A stretch of 37,366 nucleotides of DNA, taken from assembly GCA_964552695.1 (NCBI GenBank), contig CAZKHP010000002.1:1-37366 (forward strand), in the 5' to 3' direction. The notes beneath the pieces were generated by a model that had not been told where the DNA came from, searched no databases, and saw only the letters and a list, made by a program, of their open reading frames with translations. The stretch's first letter is position 1. Every line of letters begins with the position of its first letter. A program made the translations under genes and the position numbers. This DNA is from an uncultured Staphylococcaceae bacterium. Lineage in GTDB: Bacteria; Bacillota_I; Bacilli_A; RFN20; CAG-826. Positions 15,057 to 23,500 of this stretch are shown piece by piece.

Positions 15057-15088
15057 TAATTTTGTGGAAAATAGGCTATTTGACTAGA

Positions 15089-15997
15089 TTACGCAGCGAC
15101 ACCGTAGATGTCAATGCTGAAATCGAAGACTCCGCCGAGGGCGCCGCCACCAGCAGTGACGTTTTCGCATTCGGGATCTTCGCCTTCAATCCAGGCGCGG
15201 ATCGTGATGTCATCGGAGTAGTCGGGAGTGGCAGCGTCGGTACCATAGAGGGTAACGATCGGTTTGACGTGAGCGGCGGTGGCAAGAGCGGTCGTGGTGT
15301 AAGTGGTCAACGAACCGGCGTGGAAGTTGTCGGTATCATCGAAAGCAGCGGTTTGGGCGACCGAATCAAAACCAGAAACGGTTTTCCAAGTTTTGGCAGC
15401 ATCAGCTTTAACATATTTGTATGCGGCATCGTCAGCATCCGGTGTCCAAATGAAGACTGGGACGTTGGCTTCGTCAAGAATCGCAATGCGGGCGCAGTTA
15501 ACGGCCGCTTCATCTTGAGGATCATCCGCAGTGTGCGGGGTGATCGTGGTGGCTCCGCCAACATAGACGTTCATGTTGCCGGTAGCAACGGAACTTTGAG
15601 AAATCGTCAAGGTAAAGTCGACATAATATCCATCGGCAGCGCCAATACCCGAGGTAAGAAGGGTGGTCACGCTATCGGCCGTGGAAGAATCGGTATCAGC
15701 AGAGTTCCAAATGGGTTTGTAGAAGTTCGCACCATTACCGGAAATATCGGTAATTCTGTGAACGCCGGAAACGGAAATGTTTTGTTCGTCAGCGGATTGG
15801 TGGGCGACAGTGGTCAGTAAGCTGGATTTCCAAGCAACGGTCAAGTCAGATGAGCTCGAATAGACTTCGGCGGACGAATAGTTGATTTGAGCATTACGAA
15901 CGGTTGTGAACCAAGCGAACGTGGAAGCCGAGGCGGCAGCAGCTGTCAGAACGAGCATGCCGGCGGCACTAATTAAAATCTTATTCTTCTTATTCAT
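15089..15997 (-). CDS. Secreted SipW-signal paralog P4 (302 aa), monocistronic; major-subunit candidate
   Basis: N-terminus MNKKNKILISAAGMLVLTAAAASASTFAWFTTVRNA. Mature part is rich in Ala/Thr/Ser/Asp. C-terminal block IRAWIEGEDPEC. Very strong RBS GAGGAGGATTTTATTCATG, with its own promoter and terminator. Confidence 0.75.
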   Translation of the reverse strand: MNKKNKILISAAGMLVLTAAAASASTFAWFTTVRNAQINYSSAEVYSSSSDLTVAWKSSLLTTVAHQSADEQNISVSGVHRITDISGNGANFYKPIWNSADTDSSTADSVTTLLTSGIGAADGYYVDFTLTISQSSVATGNMNVYVGGATTITPHTADDPQDEAAVNCARIAILDEANVPVFIWTPDADDAAYKYVKADAAKTWKTVSGFDSVAQTAAFDDTDNFHAGSLTTYTTTALATAAHVKPIVTLYGTDAATPDYSDDITIRAWIEGEDPECENVTAGGGALGGVFDFSIDIYGVAA

Positions 15998-16138
15998 GAA
16001 TAAAATCCTCCTCTGGATTACCCTTTCATTATTGAAGGGTTCATGCTGTCAAAGTTAATGGGACTTTGACATAATTAACGGGCAATTTCGCTAATTATTG
16101 CAATACTCGAGGGGGCGAGATTGTTAATAAGCAATTAC

Positions 16139-16167
16139 ATTATATATCGGTCTTTTAAAAAGTGCAA
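16139..16167 (-). promoter_or_regulatory. Sigma-A-type promoter of paralog P4
   Basis: Minus strand: TTGCAC - 17 nt - TATAAT. The ~135-nt leader contains two clean hairpins (GUCAAAGU...ACUUUGAC and ACCCUUC...GAAAGGGU). No GEMM-like motif is present. Confidence 0.6.
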
Positions 16168-16321
16168 GTTTTTTGTTTTTTGTTAAAAAGCACTTATTTA
16201 ATCGATACTTTTTCCAAATTTTGTTTTGAATTTTAGATTGTTTGGCTTATTTGATTGTCCACTATTTTCTTACAAATTTCATACAACCCATGGACTTTAT
16301 TCTATACTTATACACACGTGT

Positions 16322-16353
16322 GCGAAAAAAGAAAAAGGATCCCGGAAGGATCC
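16322..16353 (-). terminator. Intrinsic terminator ending the riboswitch-2 operon
   Basis: Minus strand: GGAUCC-UUCCG-GGAUCC followed by UUUUUCUUUUUU. It starts about 30 nt after the stop at 16385. Confidence 0.75.
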
Positions 16354-16384
16354 AAAAAAGTTTGTTAGACAAGTGTCCAAAGAT

Positions 16385-17227
16385 TTAAGAGATATTGACT
16401 GACAACTCGGTGATTGAGAATGAGAGATTTTTATAGACATTGGATGTTCCTTCGACATCGGAAAAGTAATAATCATGACCGCTACTGGTATAAGAATAGG
16501 AATAATACGTTGATGGTGCATTGCTGAATTCGATCGTAAAAAAGAAAATGATTTTATCCGCTGGAACTTCATCAAAATCGAGAACATCTTGCGCGAGGGT
16601 AATGTTGGAAGGTCCGGATGCAGCTGTTTGATTGAAACGATCGGTTTGACTGGTCGATGTCACAAACGCATTGGCTCCGGTTGTAATGCTGCCGCTATTG
16701 CCATCGATCGCCGTGGAATAAACATTGATTGCCTGCGCGAGGTTAATCGGGGTATTGGTGGTTGCGTTGTAGAACGTCGTGGACGGAACCGCAACGTAGT
16801 CGGTGAGCCTTAAAAACACGGTTTTATCAATAGCAAAATCGCCGGTCACTTCCAAAGCATAGGTAAATCGAAGACTGGGGTATTGCGCATTGATGATGAC
16901 GGTTTGAATGCCGTTCAGATAGGGATCTTCGCTGATTGGCAGGAATTGCGTATCGTAATTGTCGACCGTGACGATATCCGAAGGACTAAGAGCAACTTCT
17001 GGGCTTTGGTACCCATTGGGCGTTCCGTTGGAACCATAGTTCTTGGTGAAGTATTTGAGTTCGTAGGAAATATCGCCGGAGGCTTGAACGGTCATGGCGG
17101 TCACCCCGGCCTCCCGTTTAAACGAAAACCAGGCATAGGTCAAGTATAAAAAGGATGTCAAAGAAATCGCCGCCGACAACGTGGTGATCACCAAATTGAT
17201 CTTCAGTTTTTTCGATGTCAATGCCAT
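16385..17227 (-). CDS. Secreted SipW-signal paralog P3 (280 aa)
   Basis: N-terminus MALTSKKLKINLVITTLSAAISLTSFLYLTYAWFSFKRE. It lacks the W-x-E-G-x-D block. It starts 2 nt after the stop of the 759-aa gene. Confidence 0.68.
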   Translation of the reverse strand: MALTSKKLKINLVITTLSAAISLTSFLYLTYAWFSFKREAGVTAMTVQASGDISYELKYFTKNYGSNGTPNGYQSPEVALSPSDIVTVDNYDTQFLPISEDPYLNGIQTVIINAQYPSLRFTYALEVTGDFAIDKTVFLRLTDYVAVPSTTFYNATTNTPINLAQAINVYSTAIDGNSGSITTGANAFVTSTSQTDRFNQTAASGPSNITLAQDVLDFDEVPADKIIFFFTIEFSNAPSTYYSYSYTSSGHDYYFSDVEGTSNVYKNLSFSITELSVNIS

Positions 17228-17229
17228 CG

Positions 17230-19509
17230 TTAGAATCCCGCCAAAACGGCCTGCTGATAATCCGTTGTATTAGTTAGAGGGAAGCTCGTTGAGTTCGTAT
17301 AAAGACCGTGAACGTAAGTGTAAAGCGGATTGCTGCTGAGTTCGCGGTAAAACCGATAGACGGTTCCGGAGGTGTTTTGGTTGTAGTTGGAAACGTTGAG
17401 TTGGACTTTGACGTTGCTGGCTTCGTTCCACGCCACATACGTTCCACTGACAAAGTCAGTGCTGCGATTCGGGAGCGAATATAAATAGTCGATATTAGAG
17501 GTTTGCGAGGACACGTCGCCGTCTTTGGACGTGAAACGGATGTCCATGCGGATGATGTTCAATTCGAAAGCGTCCGCCGTAAAATTGTCATAATTGAAAC
17601 GAACTGTGTCACTTGTATCATTGTCTGTTGCAACCGGCGTATTTTTCCCAACCCCGATGGCAATCAACGGAAAATAGTTTGAAGCGGACCAGAAACTGGA
17701 AGAAGTATTCACGGTAAAGGAGAGGGTTTCGCTGCGTAAAACGCCGCTGGTTGTTCCCGCACCTTGGGTTTTGACGACGGGATGCTGACTGGGATCGTAA
17801 ATCAAAACGTTATCTTGATAGGAAGTTCCTAAGTTCGTCCAGTGATCATCGTAGACAAGGTCATATTTTGTGTTGTTGTTTTCAGAAAGGTTAGGATTGT
17901 AACGATTATAGAGAATTTGAAAGTTGTTGCTTGTCGAAGTGCTGTTGGCAATAAAATCCATCGTCACCGAGATTTCATACGTCGTTGAAGTTCGGGTAAA
18001 CCGACGGACGGAAGAGTTGGTGGTATTCAGCCACAACCAAAGGCCATTTCGCATGGTAGCATCGCGTCCAAACCAGTCGTAGGTATACCAGAAAAGGAAG
18101 CGGTAACGCAGGTACTCTTCACGGGTTCCGACGCCCAAAGGGCTGGTAATCCGTTGAACATAATAGGTATCTGTTCCGCCACCGGGATTGGTGTAAGAGA
18201 CATGGGTATTGGCTAAGTTAGGGTAGAACCGGGTCAAGGAGGCTTCGGTAGAGGTTAAACCATAGGCGGTTGTGGCAGAAATGGCGCGGTTGTATTGGGT
18301 GGTGTAGTTTACAATCGGGTTATTACCTTCATAAACTGAGTAAGAAGTTCCGTCGAGGCCGTTGGCCGGAATGATTTCGTTGAAATCCAACAAGGTTTGG
18401 TCCATGTTCGCGCCGGAATCATCCAAAGGGTTATCGGTGCGGGCGTATCCAATCAAGATACTATACGAACGGGCATTTCGGCCATTGACGGTTATTTTGC
18501 CATTGGATGTTCCGGAAGCATTGGCCCCATACATTCCCAAAAAGGAAGCCGAGCCGTCCAAGTGGCCGACAAACAAGCCGACATAAGTACCGTGGGGATA
18601 CGTCGTATTATGAACGCATTTAAACCACCCGGGGTTGACCGTGGAGCTTCCGACTTCGACCGTGCCGTTGCCTTTAACGTTGATTTGCCAACGTTCCAAG
18701 GTGTACGAGATGATTTGATTGTTATAAAGGGCAAAAACCCGCGCAATTAATGAGACCGGATAGAGCGTTGTTGGTTTTGAGGTATTCGGTTGTCCACAAG
18801 TCCAAACTCCTGAACTCGATTCATAAAGAAGACTCGTATTGGTGCTTTGGTAGACGATGGTGTAACTGGCGTTGTCAGTTCCGGTGACTGTGGTTCTTGG
18901 CACAGTAAAGCGAGCCGGCGTAGCATTGGTAAACGTCAGGTTTCCGATATTGGTCCCTGCAGTGTTGAGTATGGAGTACATAGGGTGAGCACTGGGGGCC
19001 GAAACAGCAGTTCCCACGGTGTTTGCCGTAACGTTGACGGTCGGTGTTTGTAAAACGAGATTCCGAATGGATCCTCCCAAAGCGACATAGCCGAACATAC
19101 CGATATCGTCAGTATTAGCCCCGTTAACCACAAGATTGGTTATTTTATAACCATATCCGTCAAACTGACTGTAGAACGGATAATCTTCATTGCCGATAGG
19201 AACCAACGCATCCCCCGAATAGGTGATATCGCTAGTCATGCGGAAATACGTCGAGCTGCTGAAAACACCTAGAACGTTGAGTTTCTGAAGGGTTCTTAAA
19301 TCGCCCGAATTGCTGATGAGGAAAGGGGCCGTTGACGTTCCTGAACCGCCACTGGTAAACATACTGCTGATGTTGACGGTGTTCGCGTCAATCGGTAATT
19401 CATATTGGTTGGCGTTCAAATAGGCGGCATAGCTAAAAGCCGCTACCGAAACCGCGCCGGTTGCCAACGAGAGGATAAGAATTGCCGAATACAGCGTCGT
19501 TTTTTTCAT
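17230..19509 (-). CDS. Large secreted paralog P2 (759 aa); tip-adhesin candidate with a beta-helix-like N-terminal module
   Basis: N-terminus MKKTTLYSAILILSLATGAVSVAAFSYAAYLNA, a variant of the family motif. It is followed by PFLISNSGDLRTLQKL...FRMTSDITY...PIGNEDYPFYSQFDGYGYKITNLVV...DIGMFGYV..GGSIRNLVL. This pattern opens many GLUG-type/parallel-beta-helix surface proteins. The remainder is rich in Asn/Ser/Thr/Tyr. RBS AAAGGAG. Confidence 0.68.
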   Translation of the reverse strand: MKKTTLYSAILILSLATGAVSVAAFSYAAYLNANQYELPIDANTVNISSMFTSGGSGTSTAPFLISNSGDLRTLQKLNVLGVFSSSTYFRMTSDITYSGDALVPIGNEDYPFYSQFDGYGYKITNLVVNGANTDDIGMFGYVALGGSIRNLVLQTPTVNVTANTVGTAVSAPSAHPMYSILNTAGTNIGNLTFTNATPARFTVPRTTVTGTDNASYTIVYQSTNTSLLYESSSGVWTCGQPNTSKPTTLYPVSLIARVFALYNNQIISYTLERWQINVKGNGTVEVGSSTVNPGWFKCVHNTTYPHGTYVGLFVGHLDGSASFLGMYGANASGTSNGKITVNGRNARSYSILIGYARTDNPLDDSGANMDQTLLDFNEIIPANGLDGTSYSVYEGNNPIVNYTTQYNRAISATTAYGLTSTEASLTRFYPNLANTHVSYTNPGGGTDTYYVQRITSPLGVGTREEYLRYRFLFWYTYDWFGRDATMRNGLWLWLNTTNSSVRRFTRTSTTYEISVTMDFIANSTSTSNNFQILYNRYNPNLSENNNTKYDLVYDDHWTNLGTSYQDNVLIYDPSQHPVVKTQGAGTTSGVLRSETLSFTVNTSSSFWSASNYFPLIAIGVGKNTPVATDNDTSDTVRFNYDNFTADAFELNIIRMDIRFTSKDGDVSSQTSNIDYLYSLPNRSTDFVSGTYVAWNEASNVKVQLNVSNYNQNTSGTVYRFYRELSSNPLYTYVHGLYTNSTSFPLTNTTDYQQAVLAGF

Positions 19510-19521
19510 GGCGTCTCCTTT

Positions 19522-20409
19522 CTATGCGTAAATGGGTGAGTTGGAATACGAAATGTTCAAGTTGAAATCGATACCGAAACGAAGTGGATAGCTTAAAAGC
19601 GTTGGATTAGCCCGAACGAAGGACTGGAATAAGGCTCCATCCATGCTTAATTCGATCATGAGGCTGGTTGCAAAAACAAAGTTCCCGGAAACTTTGGTCG
19701 CGAATTTGGGAATGAAGGATTGATTGGCCAACCCGGTTGTATTCGTCACGGGAGAACCGGAAAGATCACTGGCATCGAAAAGGGTAATACCACTGGTTCG
19801 TTGCCCGGAGGTTCTAAAGAAACTTGCCAGAGTTTTCGCTTCCAAAGCCGGAATTTGCGAAGGGAAAGCCGAAACCATCGGGCTTGAAGGACTATTGTCA
19901 ACTGCCACATAACGGTAATTGAAAGGGTAAGCCGTTGAAAAATTGAGCTCGCTGGACGTTGCGGTGGGAATGGAGACATATTGCATATTGGCAGTCACAT
20001 AACCATAACGGTCGGGTTGGATGAAACGAAGTTCGAGATAATAAGTCGGTAACCCCGGAACGTAATAAGCGTTTTCGTTGTAATAAGCTCGCGTCAAAAG
20101 GTAATCGGTTGCAAGAGCATTTGAAAAGTCAACATTCACTTGGCCGTTGGTCAGTGAGCTTTGGGTAACGTTCAATCGATCGGTTTGATCGACATAATAA
20201 GCTACTTCGGAAGTACTGGGAGTTTCGCCATAGCGCCGTTCATAAATGTGGGCTTCGATGGTTACTTCGGAATTTCCCGTTGAAAGAGCCACCATGTTGG
20301 TGACGGAGCGACTGTATTTGATCCACGCAAAAGTAGCGCTTGTTAATGCAAGTGCACTGGCCACAAGGGCAATGGTGGTTGTCATAATCAGTTTGCTTTG
20401 TGGTTTCAT
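19522..20409 (-). CDS. Secreted SipW-signal paralog P1 (295 aa), first gene after riboswitch 2
   Basis: N-terminus MKPQSKLIMTTTIALVASALALTSATFAWIKYSRS. The RBS AAGAGG lies immediately after the riboswitch terminator U-tract. Confidence 0.68.
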   Translation of the reverse strand: MKPQSKLIMTTTIALVASALALTSATFAWIKYSRSVTNMVALSTGNSEVTIEAHIYERRYGETPSTSEVAYYVDQTDRLNVTQSSLTNGQVNVDFSNALATDYLLTRAYYNENAYYVPGLPTYYLELRFIQPDRYGYVTANMQYVSIPTATSSELNFSTAYPFNYRYVAVDNSPSSPMVSAFPSQIPALEAKTLASFFRTSGQRTSGITLFDASDLSGSPVTNTTGLANQSFIPKFATKVSGNFVFATSLMIELSMDGALFQSFVRANPTLLSYPLRFGIDFNLNISYSNSPIYA

Positions 20410-20422
20410 GGGACCTCTTCGG

Positions 20423-20467
20423 AAATAAAAAAGCAGCCGCTACCATTCACTTAGGCAACTGGCTACC
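20423..20467 (-). terminator. Expression-platform terminator of riboswitch 2
   Basis: Minus strand: GGUAGCC(A)GUUGCC-UAAGUGAAU-GGUAGCGGCUGCU, about 13 bp with one bulged A, followed by UUUUUAUUU. The 5' arm is the 3' end of the aptamer. Confidence 0.75.
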
Positions 20468-20532
20468 TCTTAATCTTTGGAGGCCCTTTAGCTTTGCGTC
20501 GCTAGATTACTCTAGGTTTGCTATTTACTAAC
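20454..20532 (-). promoter_or_regulatory. c-di-GMP-I (GEMM-I) riboswitch aptamer, copy 2
   Basis: The minus-strand RNA is GUUAGUAAAUAGCAAACCUAGA-GUAA-UCUAGCGACGCAAAGCUAAAGGGCCUCCAAAGAUUAAGAGGUAGCCAGUUGCC. It has the same conserved blocks as copy 1: AAUAGCAAA, CGACGCAAAGCUA, AGGGCCU and GGUAGCCAGUUGCC. The first hairpin shows compensatory changes (CUAGA/UCUAG here vs CUAAG/CUUAG in copy 1). Confidence 0.82.
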
Positions 20533-20535
20533 TTG

Positions 20536-20564
20536 ATTATATAGATGCGATATAAAGTTGTCAA
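20536..20564 (-). promoter_or_regulatory. Consensus sigma-A-type promoter driving riboswitch 2
   Basis: Minus strand: TTGACA (20564..20559) - 17 nt - TATAAT (20541..20536). The -35 box lies 5 nt after the stop codon of the upstream 1000-aa signalling gene. Confidence 0.75.
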
Positions 20565-20569
20565 ACAGT

Positions 20570-23500
20570 CTACTTGCCCCCGCCCACGAATTTCAGGAAG
20601 TCCGAAATAGACATTGGCTTGGCAAAATAGAAGCCTTGCACCATGCGAATATTGAGCCGTTTCACGATGTTCGCTTGATCTTCGGTTTCGATTCCTTCGA
20701 TGATGATGTTGTTGTTCATTTCCCGGATTTTCGCGCGCAAATGGTCAAAGCTTAAGAAAGCCGAGCTGTCGCTTTCAATCCCGCGGACAAGGTCTCTCTC
20801 GAACTTTACACAGTTGAAAGGGAGCGAAGCGGCAATTTGGAAATCAAGCACTCGATCGGTATAGTTATCAAGACAGAAAACAATGTTATTTCCTTGCAAA
20901 TCCTTCATGAATTTGCGAGTTTCGTTTTCTTTTTCGGCGACGGTTTTTTCTGAAATTTCAAGTTGCAAGAACCCTTTTGGAAACTTGTAACGAGAAACGA
21001 TTTGTTTGACAGCTTCGCGGAATCCGGAATCGAGCACCGAATCGGTTGAGACGTTGACTGCAAGGCGTTCTACGCCATTTTGTCGGAATAGATCAAAACC
21101 GTAGTTTTTCCACATTTCCCCGACATTGTATAGAAGTGCCTTTTCGATATCGACAAGAAGATGGGCTTCACTGGCAGTTGCCAAAAATTCACTCGTTGAA
21201 ATATATCCGCGGTTTGGATCATAAAGACGGGAAACGAGTTCTCCTCCGACGGGTTCGGTATTGTTGATGTTCATGATGGGGTTGATGTAAATTTCAAACT
21301 TCTGCTTTGTGACCGCTTCGCGGATCAGGTCAAGCACATAACCTTTCCGTTCGGCTTTACGTGTCTTTTTATTGTCTGCGACATACATCATGTCGTTGCC
21401 GGCTTTTTGGGTACTCTTAAAACCGGCCGTCAGCATGGCTTCAATTGCCGCAGCATCGCGGACATCGCCGGGGTATGCGGCAATCGTCATCCAGAAATGA
21501 GGACTCTTAGGATCATTTCCTCCGATTTCTCTTGCGGTCGCATAAATGGATTCAGCCATTGAGAAAGCGGCGGCGCGCGTTGCTTCAGGGAAAGAGACGA
21601 AAAGCGTATTTCCGCTATAGCGATAAATGAAGTCGCCAAAACTGGCGTTTTCAAGTTTTCGGCAGAGTAAGTTCAATGTTGCGGACATGACTTCATCGGG
21701 CTCGAAAGAGACCGTGGGAGGAACATTGCATAAAGAAATCGAGAATAGGTATCCGTTACGGTCATCGCTAACAGCATTTTGAACATCCAGCTCCAGGCGT
21801 CTTCGATTTTTAATCGAAAAGTCCATATCCAAATAGCGTGGTTCGGTTTCCGCTAACGCCGCTCTTAAGGGGCGAATGGAGATGGCGGTTTCGTGAGAGT
21901 TGGCGGAAAAATTCATCAAGGAACGTAAGAAAGGCAAAGGTGAAATCAAAGGCATCGGAATTTCTTTGGAACCCACTTTCAAGGGGCAATTCGGACAGAT
22001 TGAATCACGGTTATGAAAAACCTTATAACAACGCTCGCCGAGTGTCTTTTGCGATTTATAGAAGGAAGCCAAGTTTGAAGAAAGATAGTTTAATGAAAAA
22101 GTGTTTTTGTCGATGACATAAACATAACGTTCATCCATTTTCAAAACATGCTCGAGCAGTTCATTCTTGCTTCGCTCGTAGTCAGAATGGACAACTTCCT
22201 TTATAAAGGTACCCAATAATGCACCGGCGAAATTCAAAATGGTTTGTTCACTCACGGTCAGAGAACGGTTTTTCTGGCTGGAGCAAAAGTAAACAAGGCC
22301 ATAGGTTCGCTCTTTATTGCCGATGACTTGGAAATGGAATGTTTTGATATCGAGATTGGTCAAAATTTTCCCAAGGCTGATAGGATAGGAATCAACATCG
22401 GATCCATAAACTGCTCCGGAAGCATCTACGGCCGCAAAGATGGGTTGAAGGTCATCAAAAGTAATGCGTTTGAGTTTTTGGAAGGTCGGATGTTCATGGA
22501 GACGGCAATCTTCGAAGCCTACCCGAAATTCGTCTAGCGAAGCATCCAAAAGCAAGTAACCAGCATTATGAAAACCAAACTGACTGGAAATTTTGAGAAG
22601 GTTTTGCCGAATAAATTTGTCGAAACTATCTTTGTTTTGCACATTTTTGGCTTCGAGAATCAAAGCTTCGGCGTTGAGCAAAAACAAACGGCCGACGCTT
22701 TCGAAAGTTTCACGATGGGAAATATCACTTTGCCGAATTGCGGGAAGGTAAATGAAGTAGTCCTTACTTTTCTCAAGGGCGAAAAGCGCGTCTCTTTCAA
22801 GGTCACGCCGGGTTGTGTAAGGATAAATAGCGCCACCGATACGGATTTGAGCAACTTCCATTCCTTTTCGGTTCTTTTCAACTTTCGTCGGAACAAAGTG
22901 AATGTAGAAATTTTCGATTTTTGCCTTCAATAAACTTAAGGAATTGACTTTGGGTAAAAACAAGGCAATCGTGTTCGGAAGGTATTCACCGATGACCCCT
23001 TCTTCAAAATATTCGCGCAATCCTTTAACGAGTTCGCCCATAAAAGGCTGAATATCAGGGTTCAAAATCCGAATCAAAATAAACGCGGAACGATAGGACG
23101 CGTTGGCTTGTGAAAGGAAGAAGACGGCTTGATTATATTCGCCTTTGGATAGCAGTCCGCCGGCCTTGATTCTTTTTTCAACTTCTTCCGGAATCGGTTC
23201 GCCGCTGATCGTGGGTTCCAGTTTGCTGTAACGTTCCAAAAGTTCGTTAACGTCATTTTCCAAAACAGCGAGCTCTTCAATGTTCTTATTGCCATCTTTT
23301 GGTTTTTCGGCGAGCGTTAAGCCATAATAAAGTTTGGTGGAAATTCCCGCCAAACCCTTGTTAATGGCCGAGTTGATGGTCATCACATGGCGGTAAATCA
23401 AAAAACCAAAAAGTCCATTTAGAACCAATGTCAAGATGAGTAAGCCCACCAAAAGGAAAGCATTGTTAATTGTAAAATAGTTTATGACAATGGCGGCCGA

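Noticed and set aside
15062-15820. A 252-aa plus-strand ORF rich in Gly/Ser/Val, plus other ORFs in 15076-15564.
   Set aside because: They are antisense or out-of-frame shadows of the Ala/Thr/Ser/Asp-rich gene 15089-15997. That gene has a strong RBS, a signal peptide, a promoter and a terminator; the shadow ORFs have none of these.
10772-20409. Type IV pilin or competence pseudopilin interpretation of the hydrophobic N-termini.
   Set aside because: There is no G|F-T-L-I-E-type prepilin motif, and no PilB/PilC/PilD-like genes in the window. The motif ...GTFAWF matches the SipW-dependent signal class, and a SipW-type peptidase is encoded in the operon.
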